Shown here piece after piece: positions 53,868 through 64,000 of a stretch of 64,000 nucleotides of DNA. Below the pieces are notes generated by a model. That model ran no database searches and was not told where the DNA came from. It worked only from the letters and a program-made list of their open reading frames with translations. The DNA comes from the human T2T-CHM13v2.0 reference genome, Homo sapiens. A program made the position numbers and the translations under genes. The stretch lies in the NCBI RefSeq assembly GCF_009914755.1, contig NC_060932.1. The stretch is one strand, 5' to 3'. Numbering within the stretch: position 1 is the first letter of the stretch; each line of letters begins with the position of its first letter.

Positions 53868-54377
53868 TATGGCAGGCAGAATAATGGGCTCTACAAAGAT
53901 ATCCATCTCTTAATTCCAGGAACCTGTATGATAAGTTATGTGGCAGGGGATGGGAGTTGGGGATTGTTGTTACAGATGGAATTATGGTTGCCAATCATCT
54001 GATTTTGAGATGTGAGATTATCCTGGATTATCTTGGTGTCCTCAATATAATCACAAGGGTCCTTATAAGTGAAAGAAGGAAGTAGCAAGAGTCAGAGCAA
54101 ACGCAGTATGAGAAAGACCAAATTATTCCTGGCTTTGAAGATGGAAGGGAGCCACAAGCCGAGGAATGTGGGCAGAATGTAGAAGCTGGAGGAGGCAAGA
54201 AAATTAACTTTTCCCTAGAGCTGACTGAAGAAAAGCAGCCCTGCTGACACATTTATTTTATCTTGGTGAGACTCATTTTCAACTTCTGACCTCTAGAAAT
54301 GTAAGGTAATAAATTTGTATTATTTTAACGGTAACGTTTGTGGTGATTTGTTGCAACAGCAGTATGAAACTAACACA
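53868..54377 (+). mobile_element. MLT1D solo LTR
   Basis: 'ggcaggcagaataatgg..gagattatcctggattatc..ctggctttgaagatggaagggagccacaagcc..gaaactaacaca'. Confidence 0.92.
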
Positions 54378-54719
54378 GCCGTTTACAGAGGACTTGTTCA
54401 CTTTAAAATTATAAATTGGTATAAATTTTATCATATTTATATTTTCTGTGTCTTTTAGGATGTTATGTTACTTTTATTCCTTTATCCTATTAATATGATA
54501 GATTACTTTGATTGTGAAATGTTAACCTAAACTAGCATTGAATTTAAATTATTGTAATTAGCCTTTTTATAAAAGACTCAATTGGATAATATTTTCTTTG
54601 GGAATTATATATCTGTGTCCATGAACTTTGCCTACTTTTGTACCTTTACTTAAACTCCTTCAGATTATTTGCAGACTTTGTGAGTGTCATTACAGTGTAA
54701 AGGTGACTAATTGGGGTTG

Positions 54720-54940
54720 TGCTTATCTTAAATTCTGTTCTTGTTACATATCTGCTGCATGATTTTGGCCTAGGTCTCTAGCCCATCTCTGTATCACAGG
54801 ATCTTGCATCTAAATAAAGATAATAATATTTAGACTTAACTTTTAGAATTGTGTGGATTAAATAAGGTAGTTCAAGCACTCAGCATAGTTTCTGGAACTT
54901 AGAAAAGTTCAAAAACTACTATCGTGAATAGTAATGTTAT
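54720..54940 (+). mobile_element. MIR
   Basis: 'tgtggattaaataaggtagttcaagcactcagcatagtttctggaac'. Confidence 0.55.
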
Positions 54941-54966
54941 CAGTATGAGGAAGAAATTAAAACTGA

Positions 54967-55266
54967 TTTTTTTAACTTTTATTTTAAGTTCAGGGGTACA
55001 GGCACAGGTTTGTTACATAGGTAAACTTGTGTCATGGGGGTTTGTTGTACAGATTATTTCATCAGCAGCTATTAACCCCAGTACCCATTAGTTATTTTTC
55101 CTGATCCTCTCCCTCTTCCCACCTTCCACCCTCTGAAAGGCCCCAGTGTGTGTTGTTCTCCTCTATGTGTCCATGTGTTCTCATCATTTAGCTCCCACTT
55201 ATAAATGAGAACATACAGTATTCGGTTTTCTGTTCCTTGTGTTAGTTTGCTGAGGACAATGGCCTC
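54967..55266 (-). mobile_element. L1PA13-15 3' end
   Basis: 'ttttattttaagttcaggggtaca..ggtaaacttgtgtcatgggggtttgttgtacagattatttcatc..tttagctcccacttataa'. aactg on both flanks. Confidence 0.93.
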
Positions 55267-55787
55267 AACTGTTGAATTAATTTCAGCTATTTATTGCACA
55301 CACCCTCTTTCCCTAATCTCTACTTGAAATTTCCTTTAGAATTTAGGATAGAAGGTTGACCATTGATGTTTTTCATACCTGCTTCAGTCAGATATGTGGA
55401 AAGAAACTAAGAAGCACATTATTAAAAAAAAAAAAAAGAATATGTAAATCCTTTTTATCAATGGGACCACCTATATTTTGAGGAGAAGGTAGCTTTTTTC
55501 AGGTTTTCTGAATCCTTCACTTCTCACCTCAAGAGTAAGCCAGTTACCTGGTGAGAGGCTTTCACAAAACACACATTCACTGTTTCGTAAAATAGATTGA
55601 ACTTACAAAATTGACTCCTAAGTTGCTTTTCATTTCTGGCCTGATGTAGTTAGTCTCACTTTCCATGCCTTGATCTTGGTTTTGAAATCTGGGTTGGAGA
55701 AAAAAAAATAGTATGGCCAAATGATTTCTGGCTTAGCATGACCACCCCATTGATGATGCAGAAAGAAAATGAACCCTTTGTAAGGCA

Positions 55788-56268
55788 TGTCAATAAGGAT
55801 AAAATTCAGCTACAATAAAACAGAAAAAACAAGAGTGGCTTAAATCAAATGCATTTTTCCCTCCATAGAGAAGTCCAGTTGGCATTCTAGAAGGTTTTAT
55901 ATCTCAACTCCGTGATATCAGGGTCTAGGCTTCTTCCATCTTTCATCCTTAGGATGTGCTACAACCTCGTAATTCAAGATGGCTGCTTGAGCTTCTGCCA
56001 TCATGTCTACCTTTCCAGCAGCAAAATGGAGAAAGGGGAATGGGAACTCACTCCTCCTTTAAGAAGAATCCCTCAAAGTGGCATAAAACATTTCACTTGC
56101 ATTTCAATGGAGAGACCTTAGTTACATGGCCATGATTTGCTTCAAGAGAGACTGGAAAATGTAGTCTTTTTTGCTAGGTGGTAATATGACCAGCTGTAAG
56201 TAAAGCTTACATAACTAAAGAAGAATGCAGAATGGTTGTCAGAAGGTAGCTGATAGAGCCTTCCGTAC
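55788..56268 (-). mobile_element. Old MLT1 (K/L-like) LTR
   Basis: 'agtggcttaaa..ggcttcttccatc..caagatggctgct..ttagttacatggcc..gactggaaaatgtagtcttt'. Confidence 0.7.
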
Positions 56269-57089
56269 ATGTGGATATCTGGGTCTTCCAGACTTACCCA
56301 GCTGCCCCAGCACATAAACCTGTTCTTAAAATAGGAAGAATGGGTTCACCTATTCACATTCTCCTCTTCCTTTTCTTTTGCATTAAAAAATGTCAAATGC
56401 AAATTGTTTCAAAAACAAGGATAAGAATTCTGGGAGTCTAAAATGGCATGCAAAGAAAAGAATTTGTTTTCTTTTCTATTCATATCCATCATCACTGACT
56501 TCATAAGCATCCTCTTTTAAAAAAAAATTGTGTATTAATTCAGAAACATTTTTAACCAATGGAATTATACTATAAACACTGTTCTGAGCTTTTTGTTTTT
56601 GTTTAAATAACCTTAGCGTATTTGTTTTTTAAAGGTTAGTTAGAGATCAACTATGAAACTGCCTTGCTCTGGTACATCTTTTTTCCTCTGTACACCTTTA
56701 ATCATCTTGCTTTCTTGATCATGGGTCTGTTCAATTTTTTTACTTACTGGGGATAGTTTTAATAATTTCCCCTAGATTTATGAAAGTGTTATGGTGTCTC
56801 ATGAAGTATACTCCTACAATAATTTTAATCCCGTTATTCTTAATATTGCATAATTTTCATCTATCTCTTTGTCATCTATCAGATTAAGAAGTTAAACAGA
56901 ATAATGCATCTATTTTGGTAATTATTTATTTAAGAACTCGCTTTTTTAATCTTTCATACTCCTTTTACCTTGTTTTTGTGGAAACATACCTTATTCTATA
57001 TTGAGACATTGCAAATCCAGCTCATTCTTTTTTATAGATATATCGTCATTTATTTTAGAGGTGTGATATAATCTATTTAACTAGTCTCC

Positions 57090-57495
57090 TATTATTAGCT
57101 ATGGAGCAAAATGTAAAGTCCTTTATCAAATCTGTTTTCTCAGTTTCCTTGTGAGTACACCCATGTGACTGATATCTGACCAATGGAATGTAGGTGAAAT
57201 TTACATGAGCCTCTTCCTGCACTTGGTGACTAACATGTGCAACTACCTTCTTTTTCCCTCCTTTAGAAATCTTAGAAGTCCAATAGTAATAATAGCTGCT
57301 GGTACACAATGGAATAAGGCCACATCCCTAAATTATTATTTGGTGTCCCCAACAAGTGACAACATCTAGACATGAATAAGAAATAAACTTTGATTGTAAT
57401 AAGTTTGATTAATAAGTTTGTAATAACTTTGATTGTGATTTATAGGTCGATTTAATAGTTTATTTAATTAAGATAGGATCGTAACTAATATACAA
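57090..57495 (+). mobile_element. Old MLT1 (J-like) LTR
   Basis: 'ccatgtgactgatatctgaccaatggaatgtaggtgaa..catgaataagaaataaactttgattgt..taactaatataca'. Confidence 0.55.
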
Positions 57496-57680
57496 AGAGC
57501 ATGAAAGGTACATTATTTTATACATGACTAAATTCGAATACATTTAACTTGTAGAATCAATTCCTGTAGGTTATCTTGCTTGATCAAACTGTGTTTAGTT
57601 TTTAAGGTAACACAAATCTGTCTTCCTAAGAAGCTGAATCAATTTACACTTTTATGAACAGAATATTTAACAATTCTTAC

Positions 57681-58293
57681 TGTATTAGTCCGTTCTCACA
57701 CTGCTATGAAGAAATACCAGAGACTGGGTAATTTATAAAGAAAAGAGGTTTAATTGACTCACAGTTCCCCATCACTGGGGAGGCCTCAAAAAATTTACAA
57801 TCATGGTGAAAGGCACCTCTTCACAGGGCAGCAGGAGAGAGAATGAGTGCCAGCAGACGAAATGACAGACGCTTATAAAAGCATCAGACCTCATGAGAAC
57901 TCACTAACACGAGAACAGCATGGAGAAACTGCCCCCATGATTCAATAACCTCCCAGTGGGTCCCTCCCACAACATGTGGGGATAATGGAGATTACAATTC
58001 AAGATGAGATTTTGGTGGGGACACAGCGAAACTGTATTATTCCTCCTCTGGCCCCTCCCAAATCTCATGTCCTCACATTTCAAAACACAATCATGCCTTC
58101 CCAACAATCCCCCAAAAGTCTTAACTCATTCCTGCATTAAGCCAAAAGTCCACAGTCCAAAGTCTTATCTGAAATAAGGCAGGTTCCTTGCACCTATGAA
58201 CCTTTAAAATAAAAAATTTAGTTACTCTTGGGCATTATGGGGGTTACAATTCAAGATGAGATTTGGGTGGAGACACAGAGCCTAACCATATTA
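57681..58293 (-). mobile_element. THE1C/D provirus with large internal deletion: 3'LTR 57681-58039, int 58040-about 58230, 5'LTR stub to 58293
   Basis: Full THE1 LTR, then THE1-int 3' end 'ctggcccctcccaaatctcatgtcctcacatttcaaaac', then a second 'tacaattcaagatgagatttgggtggagacacag..aaccatatta'. TSD cttac/ctaac. Confidence 0.93.
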
Positions 58294-59929
58294 CTAACCA
58301 ATGTGGTACACTGGTAAATTATTTGATCTTTGCCAATCTGATTGTAAAAAGTGGTAGCTAACAGTTATTAGGTGAAGCTGAGTATCTTTTAAGACTCATG
58401 ACTTTCATACTTTTATTGACAAAAGTAATCTGTTTATAGACTCCGTATTTCATGTGACTAACAACTGTCATTCTATTCATGGACGAGAACAAAACATTTA
58501 AATTTGTTACAGCATCATAACCCACCTAAATATTTGTTAGGTTTAGATTCTCTCTTTTCCCATTGTGCTACATTTTGTTACCCATTCTCATTTTTCCACC
58601 CAGTTCCAAGTAAAAAAAAAAAAAACAACTTATATTTTATTGGACACACATTAAACTTATAGATTATTACATTTATATGTTAATAGAGAACTGAAAGCTT
58701 TATATCACTGAGTCTGTTTAAAGAAAAAGTTTGTGTAAATTGTTTTCAATACATCAGCACTCTTCCTAAATTCTGTTTCTATTTTTTAAATGGAGATTTT
58801 TATTTTTTCTAAGTCTACCATCATTTCACATAGAAATAATGACAATTCCTTTTTTTTTTTTCAAATCTTTAAAACTATTTCTTCTTCTTGACAAGTGTCA
58901 TTTACTATGACTGTCTGGAACAAAGCTAAATAATAATGAACTAGTAGTTAACTTTGCTTTTTTGCTAACTTTAGTAGGTGATGTCCCTATTCTGTTTGGT
59001 TCAAATGATGCTACATCTGGAAGGTATTCTTCAGGGGTAGTCATCTGGAGGTGTCAATTTCTTAAGCTCAAAGTTAATGTTTTCCTTTTCTTTTTTATCT
59101 TTTTCTCACTTTTGGTTCCTTTTGATAGCTTTTGGGGAGAAAAAATATGTAAACATGCATTTACTCGTCATATTTCTTGAAGTCAAGACCTTTCACAAAC
59201 CTGTTTGAAGTATTTTATAGTTCCTGACATCTTTTACAATAAATAATTAGATGGATAGCTCACAGATTGTTTTGGGATCCCCAACAGGAAGCACATTCGT
59301 GTTTAAAGCTGAACTCACTCACATAATTATGTTTATGTCAACTGCAAGCAGAGAGTTTTTTAATTATTATTATTGATGACTTCTACAGAGGATTTCCTGA
59401 GAAATCCACATATGTTCTAAATCAATTGCATTGTCTCCAGTTAGTCCCAAAATACCATGACTGAACCCAAATCAGGGAGCCTAGGTAGAGGCTGGCTTCA
59501 TGGCTAATTAATCTTTTTCAGAGGAAGTAAAGTAACTTAAACAGTGACAAGAGTGAGAAGTGGTGCTACGGCAGCAGGAGCCTTGGGCATACCCCTTTCT
59601 CCCAGTGAAGATAGCAAAGAAGAGAGAATACAGATCCTGTGAACTTTCTGCCTCTCAGTGGGAAGGAAAGTGGAGGCATTTAGTTCCTTTCACCAGAAGA
59701 TATCAAGATATGTGGCTCATGACCTCTACTTGCCTGAGAAAAGGAGCACAGAGGCCTGGGTGGAACATGGGCTGTGTGAATCTTGAGGGTTGCTATGCTA
59801 GAAGGCCTGAACACCGGGAGGCCCTGTGCTAGAGGAGCTGTGGTGGGTTTAAAGAGAACAAAACATGGTTTCTTTCTCATTGGCTTGCCAATTCATTTGG
59901 TGAGAAAAAAAAGATAGTTGATTGGAGCC

Positions 59930-60270
59930 AAAGAGTTTCTGTTCAGCATTTCTTAAGAGGCACTGGGCTAGTTACAGGGGTGTAAACTTGAATGAAACAC
60001 AAGTATATGAGTGTCAGCTGGACACAGATAAAGACAGGTCTTTATAGAATCCAGAAAGGGAGGTGGAGATAATCACAGATTGACAAAACAGTGTTACAAG
60101 TACTTGGATTCCAATAAAGAAGAAATGGTGCGAAAAAAGACAAGGCCAGACAACCTGGTTTGTATAGAGTAACTAAATGTTTTGCAAAAAGAAGTGGCAC
60201 AGAAGAGGTCTTGATGGATGTCTAAGAGTTAGATAGGAAAAGGAGGGTCAAAAGGACTTACTTTCTAGAT
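59930..60270 (-). mobile_element. L2 fragment
   Basis: Degenerate 'aggcactgggctag..ttatagaatccag..gtcttgatggatg'. Confidence 0.45.
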
Positions 60271-62899
60271 AGAGGAAAGATCTACATGAACATGAACAAA
60301 GTAATAAAAGGTAACGCTTCATATAACCTAGCTGCATGCTAGCCACTCTCTTTAGCATTTTAGCATATGTAGACTCATTTAATCTACACAACAGCCCAGC
60401 TATAGAATGACTTGAGATCAACTCCAAAGAATGCATCATGTTACTTGGTGAAATGGGAGTGGAGAGATGCAGAACATGGGGCAAAGAGGGAGATAAGATT
60501 TAGATCATGGAAACGTAACCAAATTTGGGGCTTGCACTCATGATGGTATAACAAATAATACTGAAGAGTATTCATTGAGGGTGAAGGGAGCATCTAAGAA
60601 TGCTGATGTTTACTGATGAATTTTCTTATTTTTGAAATGGGGAAGATAATCATCTTTCCTCTGTCTACTTCACAAGATTATTTTCAGAATCAAAAACAAA
60701 CCTATCAACATTAAAGTGCTTCATAAACTGCAGGGTCTTATACAAAGGTTAATTCTTATGATTTGTAGAGGAGGACGAAGAAAGAGGAATTTATCTTCCT
60801 CCCATTTTCCGAAGTGATACAATAGCAAGTTGTTTGCATAGATAACCACAAGGTCTCAATAACCCGAGAAGTTACTCTTAACCCCAAAATTTTGGCTGTA
60901 GCCAGTCTTGCTCTTTGAAGAGAAGAAAAAAAAAAAAAAACAAAAAACAACACTGTTGGCTCTATTCAAGGTTTCAGGATCTTTCTCTCTGAAAATAATG
61001 CAAAGAGCATACATAGTTCAACCTGATTTTTTTCTTTTAAATGGAAATGCAGGCCAGGCAAGCAATAAACTCCTTTCCCCTTTGGACATTAAAATGAAAA
61101 ACACACAGAGGGTCTTCCAGCAAGCATTTATAAAACTTCCAGACATAACTCTGTTAATCAGTTAACAAAGTGGATTATCGTCATTCATATTGGTTTTGCA
61201 TTGTATAGCTCTTGGAATTCTTCTCCAGACATTATTCTCCAGTCGATGGTCAAACTAACTTATATTGAGGGACTATAATGTGTGAGATGTTTTACATAAA
61301 TTATCTCCAATCTATGCAACAGCCCTGTCAACAAGGCCACTTTAACAAGGCCACATCACCAGAAATGATGTGGATTTTGCAGGTAGACAGACATGGCTTT
61401 GAATTCCACAGAGGGATTCAAAGCCATGCCTGTCTAACTGCAAAATCTATTTTCTTTCTATCAAACCAAAACAGGAATTGACGTAACCAAGAACTGTATT
61501 CCCTCTCTGCTATTTTCTAGGTAGAGCTTTGGATAACACCATCAAGTTTCCTTGGTCTCAATTTTCTTATGTCTACAATAAGGCGATTGGACATACTTAT
61601 CTTTCATATTGCTTCTCCCTCCAACAGTCTATGAACCCTCGGTTCAAATTATGTACATCAATGCTGAAGGAATACAACCCCACTTCTTATCCTTGTTACC
61701 CATCCCCCTAGCCAGCCCAAACAGCTGAATCAAGCCTGGCAACCAGGAAGGTGACAAATGTCACATTGAGGTCTCTCCAAAATCAATATGTAAACCTCAG
61801 CTAAGATTTTCCATATGTCCTTACCCATAAGGGATATGAGGAAAACAAACACAATCTAAGGAAAACTTCAGCGCATTAACTCTGCACCTGATTGGGAAAC
61901 ATACAGAGTTTTTAGATTCCTTTCAAATGAGACTCAGTGGCTAACAGCCAGAAAAATAAAATGTTAAGCAGACATAAGATGGAGAAGACAGATCTGGAAA
62001 ACTCTGGGGTAAAAAAAATGTTTAAAATAAGAATTGGGAACAGCATCTGAGGAAAAGATGAGACACACGTATAAACTCTTCTGCACAAATAGACATCTCA
62101 TATAGAAAACTTAAAACGCTGGTATTTTTTCAACACGCCCTTTTCTGAGAAGTTGAAAAGGCTAGACTGTCACAACGAACTTCAAATGCAACTTCAGTAA
62201 ATTCTAATAAATAAGGATGTACTGACCTGGAACTCACTCCTCTCAAGGGCATTACTATCCAGAGGAAATGCTTTCAGCATGAACATTCTGGATGCACTAA
62301 AATGCAGTAAGATCCAGGATCACTATTCTCAGGAAGGGAAGCCCTTGGAGCATGGCTTGTGGTTCCAAGACTTCTCAGAAATAGCATTTATTTCCCTCCC
62401 ATTTTCCAGCCATTTTCTCCCCAAAGTCAAATGATACAAAGAGCTCTTCTGCCTAATTACCCCAGTAGTGACCATTAGGAGGGAGAGAATATGCATTTTA
62501 ATATATTCTGAAGGTGAAATAACTCTTGATGCTTAATTATCCTATCTCTCATAGAGTGGGTCTTTTGACACATTTTAATTGAAGATAGAAGTTAGAGGAC
62601 AATTTGGGACCTAAAGTTTTAAATGTATGACATGGCCTAGAGGAAGAGCCACACTGATTGAGCACCTACAATGTGTAAGGCATTCTGTAGGATGTTTTCT
62701 TAAATCATTACACAACTTTATTAGGTAGGTACTGTGTTGTGTTTTATACATAAAGAAACAAAGGCTCAGCGAGCTTGATGTGAGTAGTCCAAATCTATAC
62801 TTCTTTTTAGGGTATCACCATCCTTACTATTAAGTCCTGGATTAAATGACAGTCTCTCACTTCTATCCTTAATAGCTCATGCTTAGGCAAAATTGGAAC

Positions 62900-63245
62900 T
62901 GCTAGCTGTTTCTTGAATTCGTCCTTTTCTCTCACGCCCTTATCGTCTTTGTAAATGTTTTTACCTTTGTTGGAAAAGCCTTCCCTGGATTCCTCCACTG
63001 TCCCTTTTAATCCATCGGCTGAATCTTCCCCGACTTCCCCAGAGAGGGTTAGACTCTTTTTCCACTATGCTTCCACTTCCTGAATTCATCAGATAATTTC
63101 CAAAACAGCAGTGTAACATATGGGGTTTATTTTTGGCTCATAGCCCAATCACAACTAAATTGTCCTTTGACAGCAGGATTGTATTTTTTAATTTTCATAG
63201 CTCTGTGGCACCAAGCATTAAGTAAGCACCCATTATAACTTTGTG
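62900..63245 (+). mobile_element. L2 fragment
   Basis: 'tcttccccgacttcccc..gcaggattgtatttt..ctctgtggcaccaagca'. Confidence 0.5.
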
Positions 63246-63263
63246 GAAGGCAGGATGAGATGT

Positions 63264-63398
63264 TGGGAGGAGGAGAGGGAGGAAGTTTGGGAGGGCAAAA
63301 AGAGGGGTAATGAGGGAAGGTCAGGAGAAGAAAAAAGAAAGAAGAAAAGACAAAATTAAAAAGGGAAGCAAAATAGAAAGGAAGGAGCAGAGGGAAGG
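63264..63398. repeat. GA-rich low-complexity tract
   Basis: Purine-rich run. Confidence 0.8.
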
Positions 63399-63786
63399 TG
63401 ATATGGTTTGGCTCTGTGTCCTCACTCAAATCTCATCTCAATTTGTAATTCCCATATGTTGAGGGAGGGACCTGTAATCCCGACGTGTAGAGGGAGGGAG
63501 GTGATTGGATCACGGAGGCAGTTCCCCCATGCTGTTCTCATTATAATGAGTGAGTTCTCACAAGATCTGATGGTTTTATAAGGGGTTCTTCCCCTTTTGC
63601 TTGCTTTTCTCTCTCCTGCTGCCTTGTGGAGAAGGTGCTTGCATCCCCTTTGCCTTCTGCCATGAGTGTAAGTTTCCTGAGGCCTCCTCAGCCATGTGGA
63701 ACTGTGAGTCAGTTAAACCCCTTTCCTTCAGAAATTACCCAGTCTCAGGGAAGTTCTTTATAGCAGCGTGAAAACAAACTAATACA
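63399..63786 (+). mobile_element. THE1C/D solo LTR
   Basis: 'tgatatggtttggctctgtgtcc..ccccatgctgttctc..gtaagtttcctgaggcctcc..aaactaataca'. TSD gaagg/gaaag. Confidence 0.94.
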
Positions 63787-63809
63787 GAAAGACAGGTTAG
63801 AAGAGAGGC

Positions 63810-64000
63810 TACTTATCTATTAAAGCATTACAGCTTACTCCAAACTTTAGTGTCTAAAGTAATAAACATGTATTTTCTCACAATCTATAAGTCAGGGGTT
63901 CAGAAGCTGATGCATGGTCCTGGCTCAGGCTTTCTCAAGGGGTTGCATTCCAAATAGCAGGTGGAGGTGTACTCATTTGAAGAATTGGCTGTGGCTGGAG
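63810..64000 (-). mobile_element. MLT1F/G-like LTR running off the window end
   Basis: 'taaacatgtattttctcacaatctataagtcagggg..ctggctcaggctttctcaaggggttgca..ggctggag'. Confidence 0.7.

Noticed and set aside
63444-63502. Tandem duplication near the THE1 LTR 5' end
   Set aside because: I recall this duplicated 'tgtaatccc..gagggagggа' segment in other THE1 copies, so it is probably a subfamily variant rather than locus-specific.
63681-63697. Possible PRDM9 hotspot motif in THE1 LTRs (also near 21563)
   Set aside because: The sequence is cctcctcagccat, not the hotspot-associated CCTCCCTAGCCAC of THE1A/B.

Overview
This is primate (human-like) non-coding genomic DNA: AT-rich, CpG-depleted, with no CpG island. 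It is dominated by interspersed repeats: AluS elements, a FLAM, L1PA/PB/M fragments, L2, MIR, Tigger/hAT DNA transposons and many LTR elements (MLT1, MST, THE1, MLT2, MER50, MER67-like, LTR32/LTR18-like). I found no supportable protein-coding gene, rRNA/tRNA gene, CRISPR array or other prokaryote-type system. The supplied ORFs are short and are either repeat-derived or chance ORFs. I could not identify the locus, and I found no convincing new biological system. The most notable things directly visible are transposon architecture and repair scars: (1) a complete ancient MLT1 provirus with TSD splitting an L2; (2) two proviruses collapsed to '5'LTR stub + internal 3' end + full 3'LTR' inside intact TSDs; (3) an 18-nt TSD-flanked micro-insertion with an A-rich tail; (4) a three-family chimeric patch inside an LTR; (5) several template-switch scars and palindromes. 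There are also candidate + strand exons, including a 27-nt microexon with near-consensus splice sites, and two candidate enhancer-like unique blocks. Subfamily names come from my recall of consensus sequences and need Dfam/RepeatMasker confirmation. Boundaries of old repeats are approximate.
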